NCBI GenBank assembly: GCA_012862495.1
Contig: BLSG01000402.1
Span: 404,861-454,984, forward strand
Source of the DNA: Thraustochytrium aureum
Taxonomy: Eukaryota
Direction of reading: 5' to 3'
Length of the DNA: 50,124 nucleotides
Below, piece by piece: positions 23,901 to 34,501 of the stretch. Under the pieces are notes generated by a model. That model was given only the letters and a program-made list of their open reading frames with translations. It made no database searches and was not told the origin of the DNA. Each line of letters starts with the position of its first letter. Within the stretch, counting starts at the first letter, position 1. A program made the translations under genes and the position numbers.

Positions 23901-24651
23901 AAAAGTGGCGGTCGACGCCGTTGACGTTGATGGGGTCTCGAGCAGCGAGATCCTTGGCGAGAGCGCTGGCGAGAGCGCTGGCGAGAGCGTTGGCGAAATG
24001 GACACCTCTGCACCGAGCGGTGCAGGGCCTTCTAATGGCGCCTCAGAGGCGCCCTTGACTTTGCTCGGCGTTTTCGATGCGCGAGCCCGGTCAGGTGGTG
24101 AGGCCTTGCGCTACGGCTTGGAGTTGGCGAAACGCATCCTTGACTGCGCTGTGACCTGCGACAGCGCGTCTGAGGCGCTCTTGGGGCCCAGGGGTGGAGA
24201 CGGGTTTGGAGCCGAGTGGGAAGCTCGCTTGGCAAATGTTGTTGTGGAGGCAGAGGCAATGTGTCGCGCCTTCTCTGCGCCGCATGCGCCACTGGATATC
24301 GAGCTGGAGGACAGGATGACGCCGACGGGCTTGTCGACGGGCGAGACAGGTGATCGGAATTTTCTTGGAGGCAGGGCCTCAACCGGGGCTGCATCGTGCT
24401 CTGGGTCTGTTGTTGAGACCGAAGACCCCGTTATCACTTTGGACGACGAGTTTTGCGAGGCACTCGCTCCCTCTGGTTCAGCGTCGGATCCCGGGGTGGA
24501 CTTGCTCCACGCTTCGGGGACCGATGTGGACACGCTGCAGATTGCTGGGGTCCCTGCTGGCATTTTCCAGGACATGGTAAGTGCGGCACGCGAGCGACTC
24601 GAGGAGGTTCGCGAGCTGCGCAACCAGCTCGCGGCATCTATGGCAGCTTGA
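14986..24651 (+). CDS. Large ubiquitin-specific protease, USP9X/USP24/USP34-like (~3100 aa), with Tudor/Agenet-like and ubiquitin-like modules
   Basis: Joins ORFs 14917-18717, 18662-19741, 19506-23159 and 22633-24651. Cys box GLVNLGFICYMNSLIQQLY, QQDAHEFF, HLKRF, His box VVVHSGASLNSGHYYSYI, WFEFND. UBL-like segment LRAQIA...LRLFAGGKEI. Frameshifts lie near 18655, 18711 and 19712. Gap 22673-22901 collapses in frame (GSFLLEAATY). Confidence 0.9.
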
Positions 24652-25048
24652 GAGCCGTGTGCGAACTTCAAGCGCAGCCGGTGGGGCTCGCCGAGGTCCC
24701 TTGCTGGGTCGCAGCTCGCACAACGCTGCTGGGAGTCGCTTTCTGAAGGCCTTGTGTTGGTCTTTCTTTGTAAAGTAGGAACGAAAGCAAAAGCGTCGTC
24801 TTGTTTTGGGTCGGCGGCTTTGCCATCGCCTTTAGCGCCGGGCAACGCGCGAGCCCTGCGCAGACCGCGCAACCGGCCTGGCTGAGGCGCCCGTCCACTC
24901 TCTCTCTCTCAAGAGCTAGCGAGAGAGAAGAGTGGAGGCTCGCCTCCTCGCGGCCGCTATAGCTACATAAAATTTGCCGTCCGCGCAAAGCCCGCTGCAG
25001 CTTGTCTCGAATCTGGACGAACTGTGCCTGCGAGGCAGCTGCAACCTA

Positions 25049-27154
25049 TCAAGCAGACGCCTGTGCAGTGTCCGAGGCCGCGAGGAGCTTGTCGATCCTC
25101 GACAGCTGGTCCTCGTCTGCAACTGGCTTGCGCAGATTGGGCGAAAGCTTGAGCGCGTTGACCCCGCCCCTGTCGTCCCCGACAAGGATCACCGGCGCAG
25201 TTTGATTAAAGGTGACATGCGTGAGCTTGGCCCGCTTGACCACCTTTTGTTCGCAGAGCGGTTCGTGCTTGTTTTCGTTCAGATCAAACACGTGCACTTT
25301 GCCGTCGCTCGTAACAGCAGCAAAGACGGTGGAGGAGTTGGGCGACCACTCGACGTCCCCGACAGCGTTGCCGAGGTCGAACGACATGATCGGGTGAGGC
25401 ACGTTGTGGTCCCAAAGCTTGACCGTCCAATCCGCCGAACACGTGAGGAACACGCGCGGATGAAACTTGTTCCACTTGACTGCATACACAGCCATGTGGT
25501 GCCCCTCGTAGACCTGGAGGTACTGGCCGCTGTAGGCCTTGGAGGCCTTGGCGCACCAGCCCTCCTCCACGCCGACGAGGAAGAGGTGCTCGCTCTTTCG
25601 GTTAAAGTCAAAGCAGCAGCCGCCGGCGAGGCCCGAGAGCGTCGCTTCTTCGTCGGGCTCGTCCTTCTCGTTGGCGACGAGCTTGAGCTGCATCATGGGT
25701 TCCATTTTGAGGCTGCTCTTGCTCATTGTCCAGCTCGCCACCTGGCCATCCGTCGAAATGGAGAAGAAGCCGAGTTCTTTGGCGATATCCTCCTCCTGCC
25801 AGCGCACTTGCCACACTGGGTCGGTGTGCTTGCCCGTCTTGATGGTGCTGATGTAGATAGGTTTGTTGAGCTTGCTGCGCACGTCGTAAACCATGACCGT
25901 GCCGTCGTAGCAGCCCACCGCGAGCAAAGCGCACCGCGCCGGCTGGGGGTGAAAGTCGAGCGACATCACGCCGGACTCGGTGGTGAACGAGTACTCCGGC
26001 GACGCCGTGTTCTTGAGCGAGTAGCAGCAGATCATGCCCGAGCCCTGGCGCATAAAGTCGTAGCTCCCGTAGCCAACCGCGAAGAGGTCGGGCAGGGCCG
26101 GGTTCCAGCAGACGGCCGTGACTTGCTTGCGCTTGACGCGTTCGTGTGTGAACCGCCACAGCGGCAGCAGGCTTCCCTCGCCGTCGCGGAACGCGTCGCT
26201 CTGGTCCTCCCAGTACTTGAAGTCCTCGTAGATTTCGAGCTCCGAGTTTTGGTTGACCATGCGTTCGAGGATCTTGAGCGACTTTGACATGTCCTCCCCG
26301 TGGACAATGTCGCCGCCCCGGCCGTTCTTTTTCTTGTCGTCGGCGCCGGCCTCGGCGGCGTCTTCCGCGGCCAGCGACGTTGCCAGCGTGCGGTTGGCCT
26401 TTTTCTTCTTCTTTGCGGCGGCGCTCATGATCTCCTGGTCCTTGATGTTTTCAAGGAACTTGCTCACGTACAAGTCGTAGATCTCCCACTGGCTCACCGA
26501 GTCTTGGTAGTGGCGCAGCTCGGGCGGCTTGGTTGCGACGCCGCGGACCTTTTTCGGGTTGTTGAAGGTCTGCGCCGCGCGGTCGCTGTAGTTGAATTGG
26601 TTCTTGGCCACTTCTTTCGGCGCGAGCGCCTCAGCGGCTCCCGAGGCGGCGGCTGCGGCGGCTGCGACGCTCACGCCGCCCTCGGCAGCAATGTCGCCGC
26701 CGCCCTTGACCTGCATGCCTTCCTCCTCCTCGGCCAGCTTGCGCTCCTGCTCGCGCTGGCGCTCGGCCGTCTCTTTGACCCAGGCCTGCTGCGCCTTGGC
26801 GAGCGCGCTATCGCGGTGCAGCTTGCAGCCCCGGATGTCTGCGTGGACCATGAGTTCCTGGTACTGCAGCGGCGGCTCCTCCACGAACTGGCACCTCGTG
26901 TAGTCGTACTTTTGCAGGTTGGATGGCACATTCGGGTTCTTGTTGCGCAGCACGATCGGCTCTGCCAGCGCGTTGAGCACCTCCTCCGTCAGCTTGATCT
27001 GATTCGCCGGCGCGATCCATTCCACGCGCGGCTCCTCGTACCCCAAGCCCCAGTCCCCGTCCGCTGCCCCAGCGCCGCCATCATGATGATCGCCAGCGCC
27101 GCCGTCCCCGTCCTCGCGTCCTTTACGGCCCGCTTTATCCTTGCCCTTCGCCAT
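25049..27154 (-). CDS. DNAI1: Axonemal outer-arm dynein intermediate chain 1 (IC78/DNAI1-like, WD40)
   Basis: NQFNYSDRAAQTFNN, KILERMVNQN, YWEDQSDAFRDGEGSLLPLWRF, DLFAVGYGSYDF, GKHTDPVWQVRW, NALKLSPNLRK. Confidence 0.93.
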   Translation of the reverse strand: MAKGKDKAGRKGREDGDGGAGDHHDGGAGAADGDWGLGYEEPRVEWIAPANQIKLTEEVLNALAEPIVLRNKNPNVPSNLQKYDYTRCQFVEEPPLQYQELMVHADIRGCKLHRDSALAKAQQAWVKETAERQREQERKLAEEEEGMQVKGGGDIAAEGGVSVAAAAAAASGAAEALAPKEVAKNQFNYSDRAAQTFNNPKKVRGVATKPPELRHYQDSVSQWEIYDLYVSKFLENIKDQEIMSAAAKKKKKANRTLATSLAAEDAAEAGADDKKKNGRGGDIVHGEDMSKSLKILERMVNQNSELEIYEDFKYWEDQSDAFRDGEGSLLPLWRFTHERVKRKQVTAVCWNPALPDLFAVGYGSYDFMRQGSGMICCYSLKNTASPEYSFTTESGVMSLDFHPQPARCALLAVGCYDGTVMVYDVRSKLNKPIYISTIKTGKHTDPVWQVRWQEEDIAKELGFFSISTDGQVASWTMSKSSLKMEPMMQLKLVANEKDEPDEEATLSGLAGGCCFDFNRKSEHLFLVGVEEGWCAKASKAYSGQYLQVYEGHHMAVYAVKWNKFHPRVFLTCSADWTVKLWDHNVPHPIMSFDLGNAVGDVEWSPNSSTVFAAVTSDGKVHVFDLNENKHEPLCEQKVVKRAKLTHVTFNQTAPVILVGDDRGGVNALKLSPNLRKPVADEDQLSRIDKLLAASDTAQASA

Positions 27155-27572
27155 CGCGAAGAAGCCTCACCGCGCTCCGGGGCCGCCTCGACGTCCTCGA
27201 CGGCCACGGACTCGGCCGCGTCCTCGACCCTGTCTCCCTTTCGACCAACAACCAAGGTCCGNNNNNNNNNNNNNNNNNNNNNNNNNNNNNNNNNNNNNNN
27301 NNNNNNNNNNNNNNNNNNNNNNNNNNNNNNNNNNNNNNNNNNNNNNNNNNNNNNNNNNNNNNNNNNNNNNNNNNNNNNNNNNNNNNNNNNNNNNNNNNNN
27401 NNNNNNNNNNNNNNNNNNNNNNNNNNNNNNNNNNNNNNNNNNNNNNNNNNNNNNNNNNNNNNNNNNNNNNNNNNNNNNNNNNNNNNNNNNNNNNNNNNNN
27501 NNNNNNNNNNNNNNNNNNNNNNNNNNNNNNNNNNNNNNNNNNNNNNNNNNNNNNNNNNNNNNNNNNNNNNNN

Positions 27573-27832
27573 GCGGCTGGGTGGCTGGGTGGCTGGATGT
27601 GGTTGGGGATCAGGAGCTTGGGCTGGCGGGCTGGGCCTTGAGGAGTCGGGTGGTTCTTGGCTTGGTTTGTGGGCGCGTGGCTTCGTTCGTTCGCGCGGGA
27701 CCTTCTGTCTGGCTGCTCGCCGCATGGCCTGCCTGCCTGTGCGCTCGCTCGGTCCTTGCTTGGCTGGTTTGGTTCCTGGAGCCCGTGCGCTCGCTCGGTC
27801 CTTGCTTGGCTGGTTTGGCTGGTTTGGTTTGG
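27573..27832. repeat. Low-complexity ggctg/ggttt tract containing a perfect 34-bp direct repeat
   Basis: gtgcgctcgctcggtccttgcttggctggtttgg at 27739-27772 and 27785-27818, with ggctgggt iterations next to the gap. Confidence 0.85.
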
Positions 27833-28280
27833 CGTCTCGGCGGGCACGCCTCGCTTGATGGTACTGGCCAGGGCCGCTGCGGCGCTGTCTTCTTGTCTTC
27901 CTGGCGTGCTTCGGCGACGCCGCTTGCGGGCACAGGTGGCAACGTGCTCCGTGTTCGCGTCCCAGTTGGTTGGTTGTTTCCGCTGTCAAGTTGAGGGTGG
28001 AGTCCTTCCTTCGTTGCAGGTGTTCCCACAGTTTCCGATCGTGCAGCCTGAAACGAGGCGCCAAGGACGCTTGCAGCGCTGCCCTGAGCCGCTGCAGGAC
28101 AAGCTGGCGTGGCCTGGCGCTGCCGCGCGGCGTCGGCTGCTCGCGGGCCGGCTTAGAGCGCGCTGGTGCTCTGGATCGGCGCGCTGAAACGACCAGGTGC
28201 GCTTCTCCCGAGCGCGGCCAACCAGCCGCTCGCGCGTTGCTCGACACCGGACACTGAAAGCGCGAGAGCGGGCGGCTAGC

Positions 28281-30302
28281 ATGGCGGCCGCTGCGGACGC
28301 CGCGGCGGGGTCTCTCTCTCGGCTGCTGACCGCTGGCGGCGACACCGAAGGTGGGTACACCTTTGAAGAGCTGTACACTGCGCTCGTGTTCCTTGCGGCG
28401 CTCTGGGCGGCAGGCAAAGTCTTCGAGAGGCTCGGCATGCCCGAGCTCGTAGGACATATCCTGGTTGGTATGCTTCTTGGTCCAAACCTGGCCGCCTATG
28501 TGCCCGAGGTGGTCTGCTTTCGAATGATTGGCGAGGTGGGTCTCCTCCTCCTCGTCGTCGAAGCAGGGCTCGACGTCGACCTCGAGATGCTGCGACTCAT
28601 CGGGTTCCGAGGGCTCCTTGTCGCTCTAGCAGGCACGCTCGTTCCGCTTGGGCTTGGCTTTGTCCTGGCCAGCCAGGTCATGGGCCTCAGCAACAACGCA
28701 TCGTTCGCTGTGGGCGCAACACTGGCGCCGACTTCGATAGGCATTGCGATCAAGGAGCTCCAGTCCTCGAAGCTGCTCAACACGCCAACTGGTCAGCTTG
28801 TGATCGCGGCGGCGGTCCTCGACGACATCCTCTCGCTCGTGCTCCTCTCGCAGCTGCGGGTACTCACGAACGGCGCCACAGCGTGGGAGTGGGTGCAGCC
28901 CATCGTCGTGGCCCTCGCCCTTGTGGTTGGGTTTGGAGCCTTTGCCATCTTCATCGTCCCGCCGCTGCTGCACCGCGTCGTCTTGCCTCGGGTGCCCGAG
29001 AAGTCGCGCGATGCCGTGATCCTGTTCCTCGTCTTCGCGTTTGCGATGGCGCTGGGCCCCCTCACACGCGTGGCCGGGTCTTCTGCGCTCCTCGGTTGCT
29101 TTGTAGCGGGCATGGCTTTCTGCACGGAGACGTCCGTGCACAAGGTGTGGCTGAATCAGGTGGAGCGCATCCAGACCTGGTTGCTGCGCATCTTCTTTTC
29201 GACGATCGGGTTTATCGTGCCCGTCACGTCGCTAGGGAGTGGCAAGGTGTGGGCCTACGCGCTCCTCGTGTCACTAGGGACCGTCGGGAAACTCGTCACC
29301 GGGGTCTTTGCCAAGCCGTTCAACGGCTTCAACGCATCCGTAATCGGGCTCGCAATGTGCGCCAGGGGCGAGATCTCCGCTGTCATCATCGTTTTTGCAC
29401 AACAAGAAGGGATCGTAGACCAGGATATTGTGGCTTCCGTAATTCTGTCCGTGATCCTCTCTGCCATCTTTGCTCCCGTGGCCCTCCGGTTTGCCATCCA
29501 CCGCTACTCGAGGCTGGCGCAGGCCGAGATGGACTCGCACGCCAATGCCTGCCCAGGCACGGAGGTCCCTGTCTACTACTATGTGCAGTGCCGTAGCGCT
29601 GGTTCGTTCGGCCAGCAGGAGCGGCTGCTCAAGGCGATCCTGGGAGAGGGCCTGCAAATCATAGACATGCGCTCGTTCCATCCGCACCACAACAACCTCT
29701 CGGTGCGCATCGTGTACGAAATGTTTCTGCGGGACCCGCACTTTACGATTCCCGCCAGCGCTTTCCGGGTCCTCTCTCCTGAGAACAGCGCCGAGCTGGA
29801 GACCAACTTGGCGCGGCTCAAGGAGCGCGTGCTGGAGGCCCTCAACGATCCGGATGCCATCGCGCGGGTGGGCCGCTGGTTTTGCGGGGCCCGCCTTGAC
29901 GTGGAAGGCGGCGTTGAGCCGGGTCTCGCCGACCTGCCCGAGCCTCGCGAGCCGTCCACCCACCGCCTCGACCGCCGCGGTGCAGACCACAAGGTGACAG
30001 ATGCCCACCTGGGCTGGGAGGCCGACGAAGAGCGAGAGCACCACAAGTTCTTGGACAGCCTCACATCCCGCCCGACCTCGATGCGCTCTGCGCCGGCCTC
30101 GCCACCCTCGGGCAGCCCGCTTGGCCTGGGCAGGAGCATGGAACTTTTCATAGAGAGCTTCGGACCACCCCCGCCGCCTGGCTCGCCAACCACGGGTGCC
30201 GGGTCACCGGCTACGGCCACAACGGGGGCAGCAGTTTCACCGGGCGCCGAGCACAATCGTTCGTCGAGCCACGCCCCGGCAGAAGCCGTCTCCTCAAGCT
30301 GA
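28281..30302 (+). CDS. Cation/H+ antiporter, CPA2 (KefB/NapA-like) family, with a C-terminal ACT-like domain
   Basis: About 12-13 TM segments with LGMPELVGHILVGMLLGP, EAGLDVDL, PTSIGIA, IAAAVLDDILSL and MCARGEIS. The tail is VQCRSAGSFGQQERLLKAILGEGLQIIDMRSF...VYEMFLRDP. Confidence 0.9.
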   Translation: MAAAADAAAGSLSRLLTAGGDTEGGYTFEELYTALVFLAALWAAGKVFERLGMPELVGHILVGMLLGPNLAAYVPEVVCFRMIGEVGLLLLVVEAGLDVDLEMLRLIGFRGLLVALAGTLVPLGLGFVLASQVMGLSNNASFAVGATLAPTSIGIAIKELQSSKLLNTPTGQLVIAAAVLDDILSLVLLSQLRVLTNGATAWEWVQPIVVALALVVGFGAFAIFIVPPLLHRVVLPRVPEKSRDAVILFLVFAFAMALGPLTRVAGSSALLGCFVAGMAFCTETSVHKVWLNQVERIQTWLLRIFFSTIGFIVPVTSLGSGKVWAYALLVSLGTVGKLVTGVFAKPFNGFNASVIGLAMCARGEISAVIIVFAQQEGIVDQDIVASVILSVILSAIFAPVALRFAIHRYSRLAQAEMDSHANACPGTEVPVYYYVQCRSAGSFGQQERLLKAILGEGLQIIDMRSFHPHHNNLSVRIVYEMFLRDPHFTIPASAFRVLSPENSAELETNLARLKERVLEALNDPDAIARVGRWFCGARLDVEGGVEPGLADLPEPREPSTHRLDRRGADHKVTDAHLGWEADEEREHHKFLDSLTSRPTSMRSAPASPPSGSPLGLGRSMELFIESFGPPPPPGSPTTGAGSPATATTGAAVSPGAEHNRSSSHAPAEAVSSS

Positions 30303-30512
30303 CATGCTCGCAAACTGGCACAAGTTCTCCTCCTTTGGTCCGCTCGTTCCCGTTCCTAGCCAGCGTGGCGTCTACCTCCGCTGTCCTCGTTCTCCTTGAT
30401 CGTGCTCAACCACTTTGCAGCCATTTCGTGACTCCGGCGGTGCTGGCGCTGCACCATCCAACAGTGGATTCCCCCGCTCGCACCGCTTTCACTCACCCGC
30501 CGTCGCTTCGCA

Positions 30513-30831
30513 CGAACCAGGAGCGCGTCGCGGCGGCCAACTCGGCGCTCTGAAGCGACTCGACAGCACGTCCTCAAGCACCCGCAACATCGATGGTTGT
30601 GCCACGCGAGTCCTTCTGGCGCTTTCACTCGCAGCACCTGTACGAACAGCCTCCGCAAAGCCCTATCGACGCGAACCAGGAGCGCGTCGCGGCGGCCAAC
30701 TCGGCGCTCGGAAGCGACTCGACAGCACGTCCTCGAGCACCTGCGACATCGATGGTTGTGCCACGCGAGTCCTTCTGGCGCTTTCACTCGCAGACACCTG
30801 AACGAACAGCCTCCGCAGAGCCGCGTTGACG
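30513..30831. repeat. Imperfect tandem duplication, 2 x 159 bp
   Basis: cgaaccaggagcgcgtcgcggcggccaactcggcgctc...gatggttgtgccacgcgagtccttctggcgctttcactcgcag starts at 30513 and 30672. Confidence 0.95.
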
Positions 30832-30951
30832 CACGGCAGCCGCAGGTCAGTGAGGTCCTCTAGCTCCAGAGAGCGGCCTGGCAGCGTTGTGGGAGCCAGG
30901 TGCGGCGTTGATTGGACTTGTCGGGGCCCGGGCCCGCAGGTCGTCGAGTGC

Positions 30952-32208
30952 ATGCAATTCCTCCTGGGATGGCGGCGCCCTGCGATGGCGAGCCGAGGCT
31001 GGCCCGCCGCGCGCGTGGCGAGGCTTGCCCGCAATGGCGCTGGTTGGGGCCTGAAGGATGCGGGTGGCTGGACGCGCGGGTCGAGGCCGCTCGTGAACGA
31101 GGCTGGGGTCGGAAGGGACGGTGACTCGCAGGAAGGCCGCGCGGAAGTTGGTGGTGACGGCCTGACGCAGCGGTTTCGGGTGGTGCTCGAGCGGCGCATG
31201 ACGATTGCCGGGAACAAGATCAAGGCCTTGGAGAAGGAGCTCGCGAGAGCCCAGCAGGCGCGGGACCTTCGAGAGCAGGCCGAAATTCTTGTGAGCAACC
31301 TGCACCAAGTGAAGAAGAGCCCCGACGTCCGGCGTGGCGCTAAGGGCGTGGCGCGAGTGACTGGGTATAACAATGACGGCACGCAGGTCACGCACGATAT
31401 CCCAGTAGACCTCGCCAAGTTCAAGTCGGTGGACGACCTCATCGCTGACATGTTCCGGCGCGCCAAAAAGGTGGAAAGGGCGCCAGGGCAGCTGGAGGAA
31501 CTGCTTCGCGGCACGCGGAACGAAGTGGCAGCCCTTACTGCAGGGCTAAGTCGGCTTTCAGCGGCAGGTCCCTCGAGCGAGCGGGCCGAGGACAGGCCGC
31601 AGGGACCGGAAGTGGAGGAGGAGCGAGTCGTCTTGCAAGTCGCAGAAGAGATCCGCATGACCACGACCGGACCTTGCGCGTTAGAAGAGGCGCGCCAAGC
31701 TGGCAACGGAACCGGACGCGGCAAGGGGAAAGGGAAAGGCAAATCCGCCTCCAAGCCAAAACGCGCGAGCAGCGACAAGCCGCCCAAGTACCGTAGGTTT
31801 GAGGGAGACAACGGGTGCTTCATCTGGGTCGGCCGGAGCAAGCGCGAGAACGACACGCTCTCTGTGCGCGAGTCCCTGCCAAACGACATTTGGATGCACG
31901 CGCGGGGCGTGCCCGGCTCCCACGTGCTTGTTCGCTCCCCGACCGGGCTAGCCGAGGACATCCCTGAGAGCACCGTGCAAATGGCCGCCAACCTCGCAGC
32001 GTTCTACAGCAAAGGAGGAAAGACAGCCGCCCGTGTCGAAGTCATCGCGGCGCTTGCCAAGCACATCAAGAAGCCGCGGGGCGCCCCTCTCGGCGCCGTC
32101 ACGGTGGCCCAAGAGCTGCGCGGCCTGGTTGGAATTACTTCTAGTGTCCCCAGTGCGGCGCTTGCAGGCGGGGGCGGGTTTGGCGCGGACGACGAGGGCG
32201 CAGAGTGA
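30952..32208 (+). CDS. Bacterial RqcH/FbpA-like protein reduced to coiled coil + NFACT-R (DUF814); possibly organelle-targeted (alternative start 30985)
   Basis: IWVGRSKRENDTL, DIWMHARGVPGSHVLV, AANLAAFYSK, KHIKKPRGAPLGAV. An upstream coiled coil reads LREQAEILVSNLHQV...IPVD...MFRRAKK. The N-terminus is Arg-rich and acid-poor. Confidence 0.85.
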   Translation: MQFLLGWRRPAMASRGWPAARVARLARNGAGWGLKDAGGWTRGSRPLVNEAGVGRDGDSQEGRAEVGGDGLTQRFRVVLERRMTIAGNKIKALEKELARAQQARDLREQAEILVSNLHQVKKSPDVRRGAKGVARVTGYNNDGTQVTHDIPVDLAKFKSVDDLIADMFRRAKKVERAPGQLEELLRGTRNEVAALTAGLSRLSAAGPSSERAEDRPQGPEVEEERVVLQVAEEIRMTTTGPCALEEARQAGNGTGRGKGKGKGKSASKPKRASSDKPPKYRRFEGDNGCFIWVGRSKRENDTLSVRESLPNDIWMHARGVPGSHVLVRSPTGLAEDIPESTVQMAANLAAFYSKGGKTAARVEVIAALAKHIKKPRGAPLGAVTVAQELRGLVGITSSVPSAALAGGGGFGADDEGAE

Positions 32209-32402
32209 TGGAAAGCTCTGCGTCCCCAGCGCAGTGGCCGAGGGCTAGCGCGCGGTCTCAGCGCAAGTTTGTCCGCAAGGCCATCGTCTGCACGGTGGTT
32301 GACTCGTTGCCGGTAGTACATAGACTATTTGAAAAGGAAACGGAGGGCTCGGAGGTTCTGGCAGAGCCCGCGTTCGTTTTGATGCTCGGCGAAAACTGCA
32401 GC

Positions 32403-33769
32403 TTACTGTCTATCTTCCTGCTCGTGGCCGAGTCGGCGGTACGCGTGCCCATCGGAAACCGCCTCCAAGCCCACTCCGTCCCCCGCCCCCGTTGGTGGTG
32501 CGCTCTCCTCAAGGTCCCGGTCCCCAAGGCGCTCAAACAGGGCCGTGCTCTCGTCGACCTCCGCGCCGTCGCTGTCCTCAAGGTCAACTTCTTCGTATTT
32601 GGCCTTCAAGTACACTCGAGCGCGCTTGTTCGTGTACAGCAGCAAGTCCGCAACGACGGTGGCGATGCCAAGCAGCCCGAGCCCCGAGCCGAGCACCATT
32701 CCAAGCTCGACAGCGTCAAACCTCCCGCCCGAACCGACGACTCGAAACACGATGCGCAGCCCGTAGTATTTGGTCAGGTCTCGCAACACAACGTCAGGGT
32801 CGGAGGGATCGCGATACGTGGAAACGTCGCGAAAGTTGAAGCCCTTGCCTCCGTCGATGCGGTGGACGCTAGTTTTTGTCGTGCAAGCACCACCGCGGTC
32901 CAGATCGCAGTCCCACAAAAACTCAACGACAAGCTCTGCGCCTCGGCGCACGACGTCGTCAAAGTACTCTAGCGGCAGGCGCGCTGGTCCCGGGGTCGCC
33001 GAATCAGCGCTGACTTTCTCTAGGTCAACTTGCAGGGCCGCAGCCGCGACCAAGTCGGCAAGGTAGAAGAGATTTTGGTTCCAGACCAAGGCGCCCCCCT
33101 CAAAGTTCGAAAACGTGCGGTTCGGCGCAAGCGTGGGAAAGCGCCCGTCGACGCGAGCAAACACCGTAAAGTTCGCCACATCCCGGAGCTCGTTGAGGCC
33201 GGTGTAGGCGGCGCCGCGCTCGTTCTCGACGGGGCACCAGCTCTCGATCGTGCACATCCAGCCGAGCCCGCCTTGCGAGATGGCCGGCCCCGAAACCGCC
33301 CGCTCGCCCCCGGAACTTGTGTCGACGCAATGACCGGTCGTGACGCCGTTCGCGGTCAGCAACCCCGCCGGGCACGATGGCGCGTTGCAATTGGGCGCCA
33401 CGGCGCCATGGCAGTCGCACACCTCTGAGGCTTGCGCAGGCGGCGTGGCATGCCTGGTGACGCCCGAGCAGACGCCGCGCCGTTGCCTGGGTGTCTCAAA
33501 GACGTTGGTCTGCACAAACACGGCAGACTCCTCCAGCGCCGGCCGCGTGAGGTCCACAGCGTCAAACACGCGGCTCCCTTTGCCCGGCGCTCGCGCGATG
33601 CCCTTCACCTTGAGGTCCAGCTCGCCCGAGAAGGCGTCCGCGGCCTGGTACCCTTTGTTGATCACGAGTTGCCACCCAATCACGTACCCGAGCACCGCGA
33701 GGAAGATCACTCTGTGCAGCATCGCCAGGCAGGCATTCTCCACGCGCACAAACTTGACCGACTGGTACT
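32403..33769 (-). CDS. P2X: P2X ATP-gated ion channel (5' end hidden in the gap)
   Basis: YQSVK (YxTxK-like), TM1 ending in KGYQ, KVKG, WCPVE, WDCDLD, GFNFR, RDLTKYYGLRI, TM2 GSGLGLLGIATVVADLLL, and C-terminal YLKAKYEEV. Confidence 0.93.
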
Positions 33770-34501
33770 NNNNNNNNNNNNNNNNNNNNNNNNNNNNNNN
33801 NNNNNNNNNNNNNNNNNNNNNNNNNNNNNNNNNNNNNNNNNNNNNNNNNNNNNNNNNNNNNNNNNNNNNNNNNNNNNNNNNNNNNNNNNNNNNNNNNNNN
33901 NNNNNNNNNNNNNNNNNNNNNNNNNNNNNNNNNNNNNNNNNNNNNNNNNNNNNNNNNNNNNNNNNNNNNNNNNNNNNNNNNNNNNNNNNNNNNNNNNNNN
34001 NNNNNNNNNNNNNNNNNNNNNNNNNNNNNNNNNNNNNNNNNNNNNNNNNNNNNNNNNNNNNNNNNNNNNNNNNNNNNNNNNNNNNNNNNNNNNNNNNNNN
34101 NNNNNNNNNNNNNNNNNNNNNNNNNNNNNNNNNNNNNNNNNNNNNNNNNNNNNNNNNNNNNNNNNNNNNNNNNNNNNNNNNNNNNNNNNNNNNNNNNNNN
34201 NNNNNNNNNNNNNNNNNNNNNNNNNNNNNNNNNNNNNNNNNNNNNNNNNNNNNNNNNNNNNNNNNNNNNNNNNNNNNNNNNNNNNNNNNNNNNNNNNNNN
34301 NNNNNNNNNNNNNNNNNNNNNNNNNNNNNNNNNNNNNNNNNNNNNNNNNNNNNNNNNNNNNNNNNNNNNNNNNNNNNNNNNNNNNNNNNNNNNNNNNNNN
34401 NNNNNNNNNNNNNNNNNNNNNNNNNNNNNNNNNNNNNNNNNNNNNNNNNNNNNNNNNNNNNNNNNNNNNNNNNNNNNNNNNNNNNNNNNNNNNNNNNNNN
34501 N

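Noticed and set aside
23956..23997. GESA x3 coding microrepeat (also 17644-17672 and 2426-2463)
   Set aside because: Ordinary slippage repeats in disordered protein regions.
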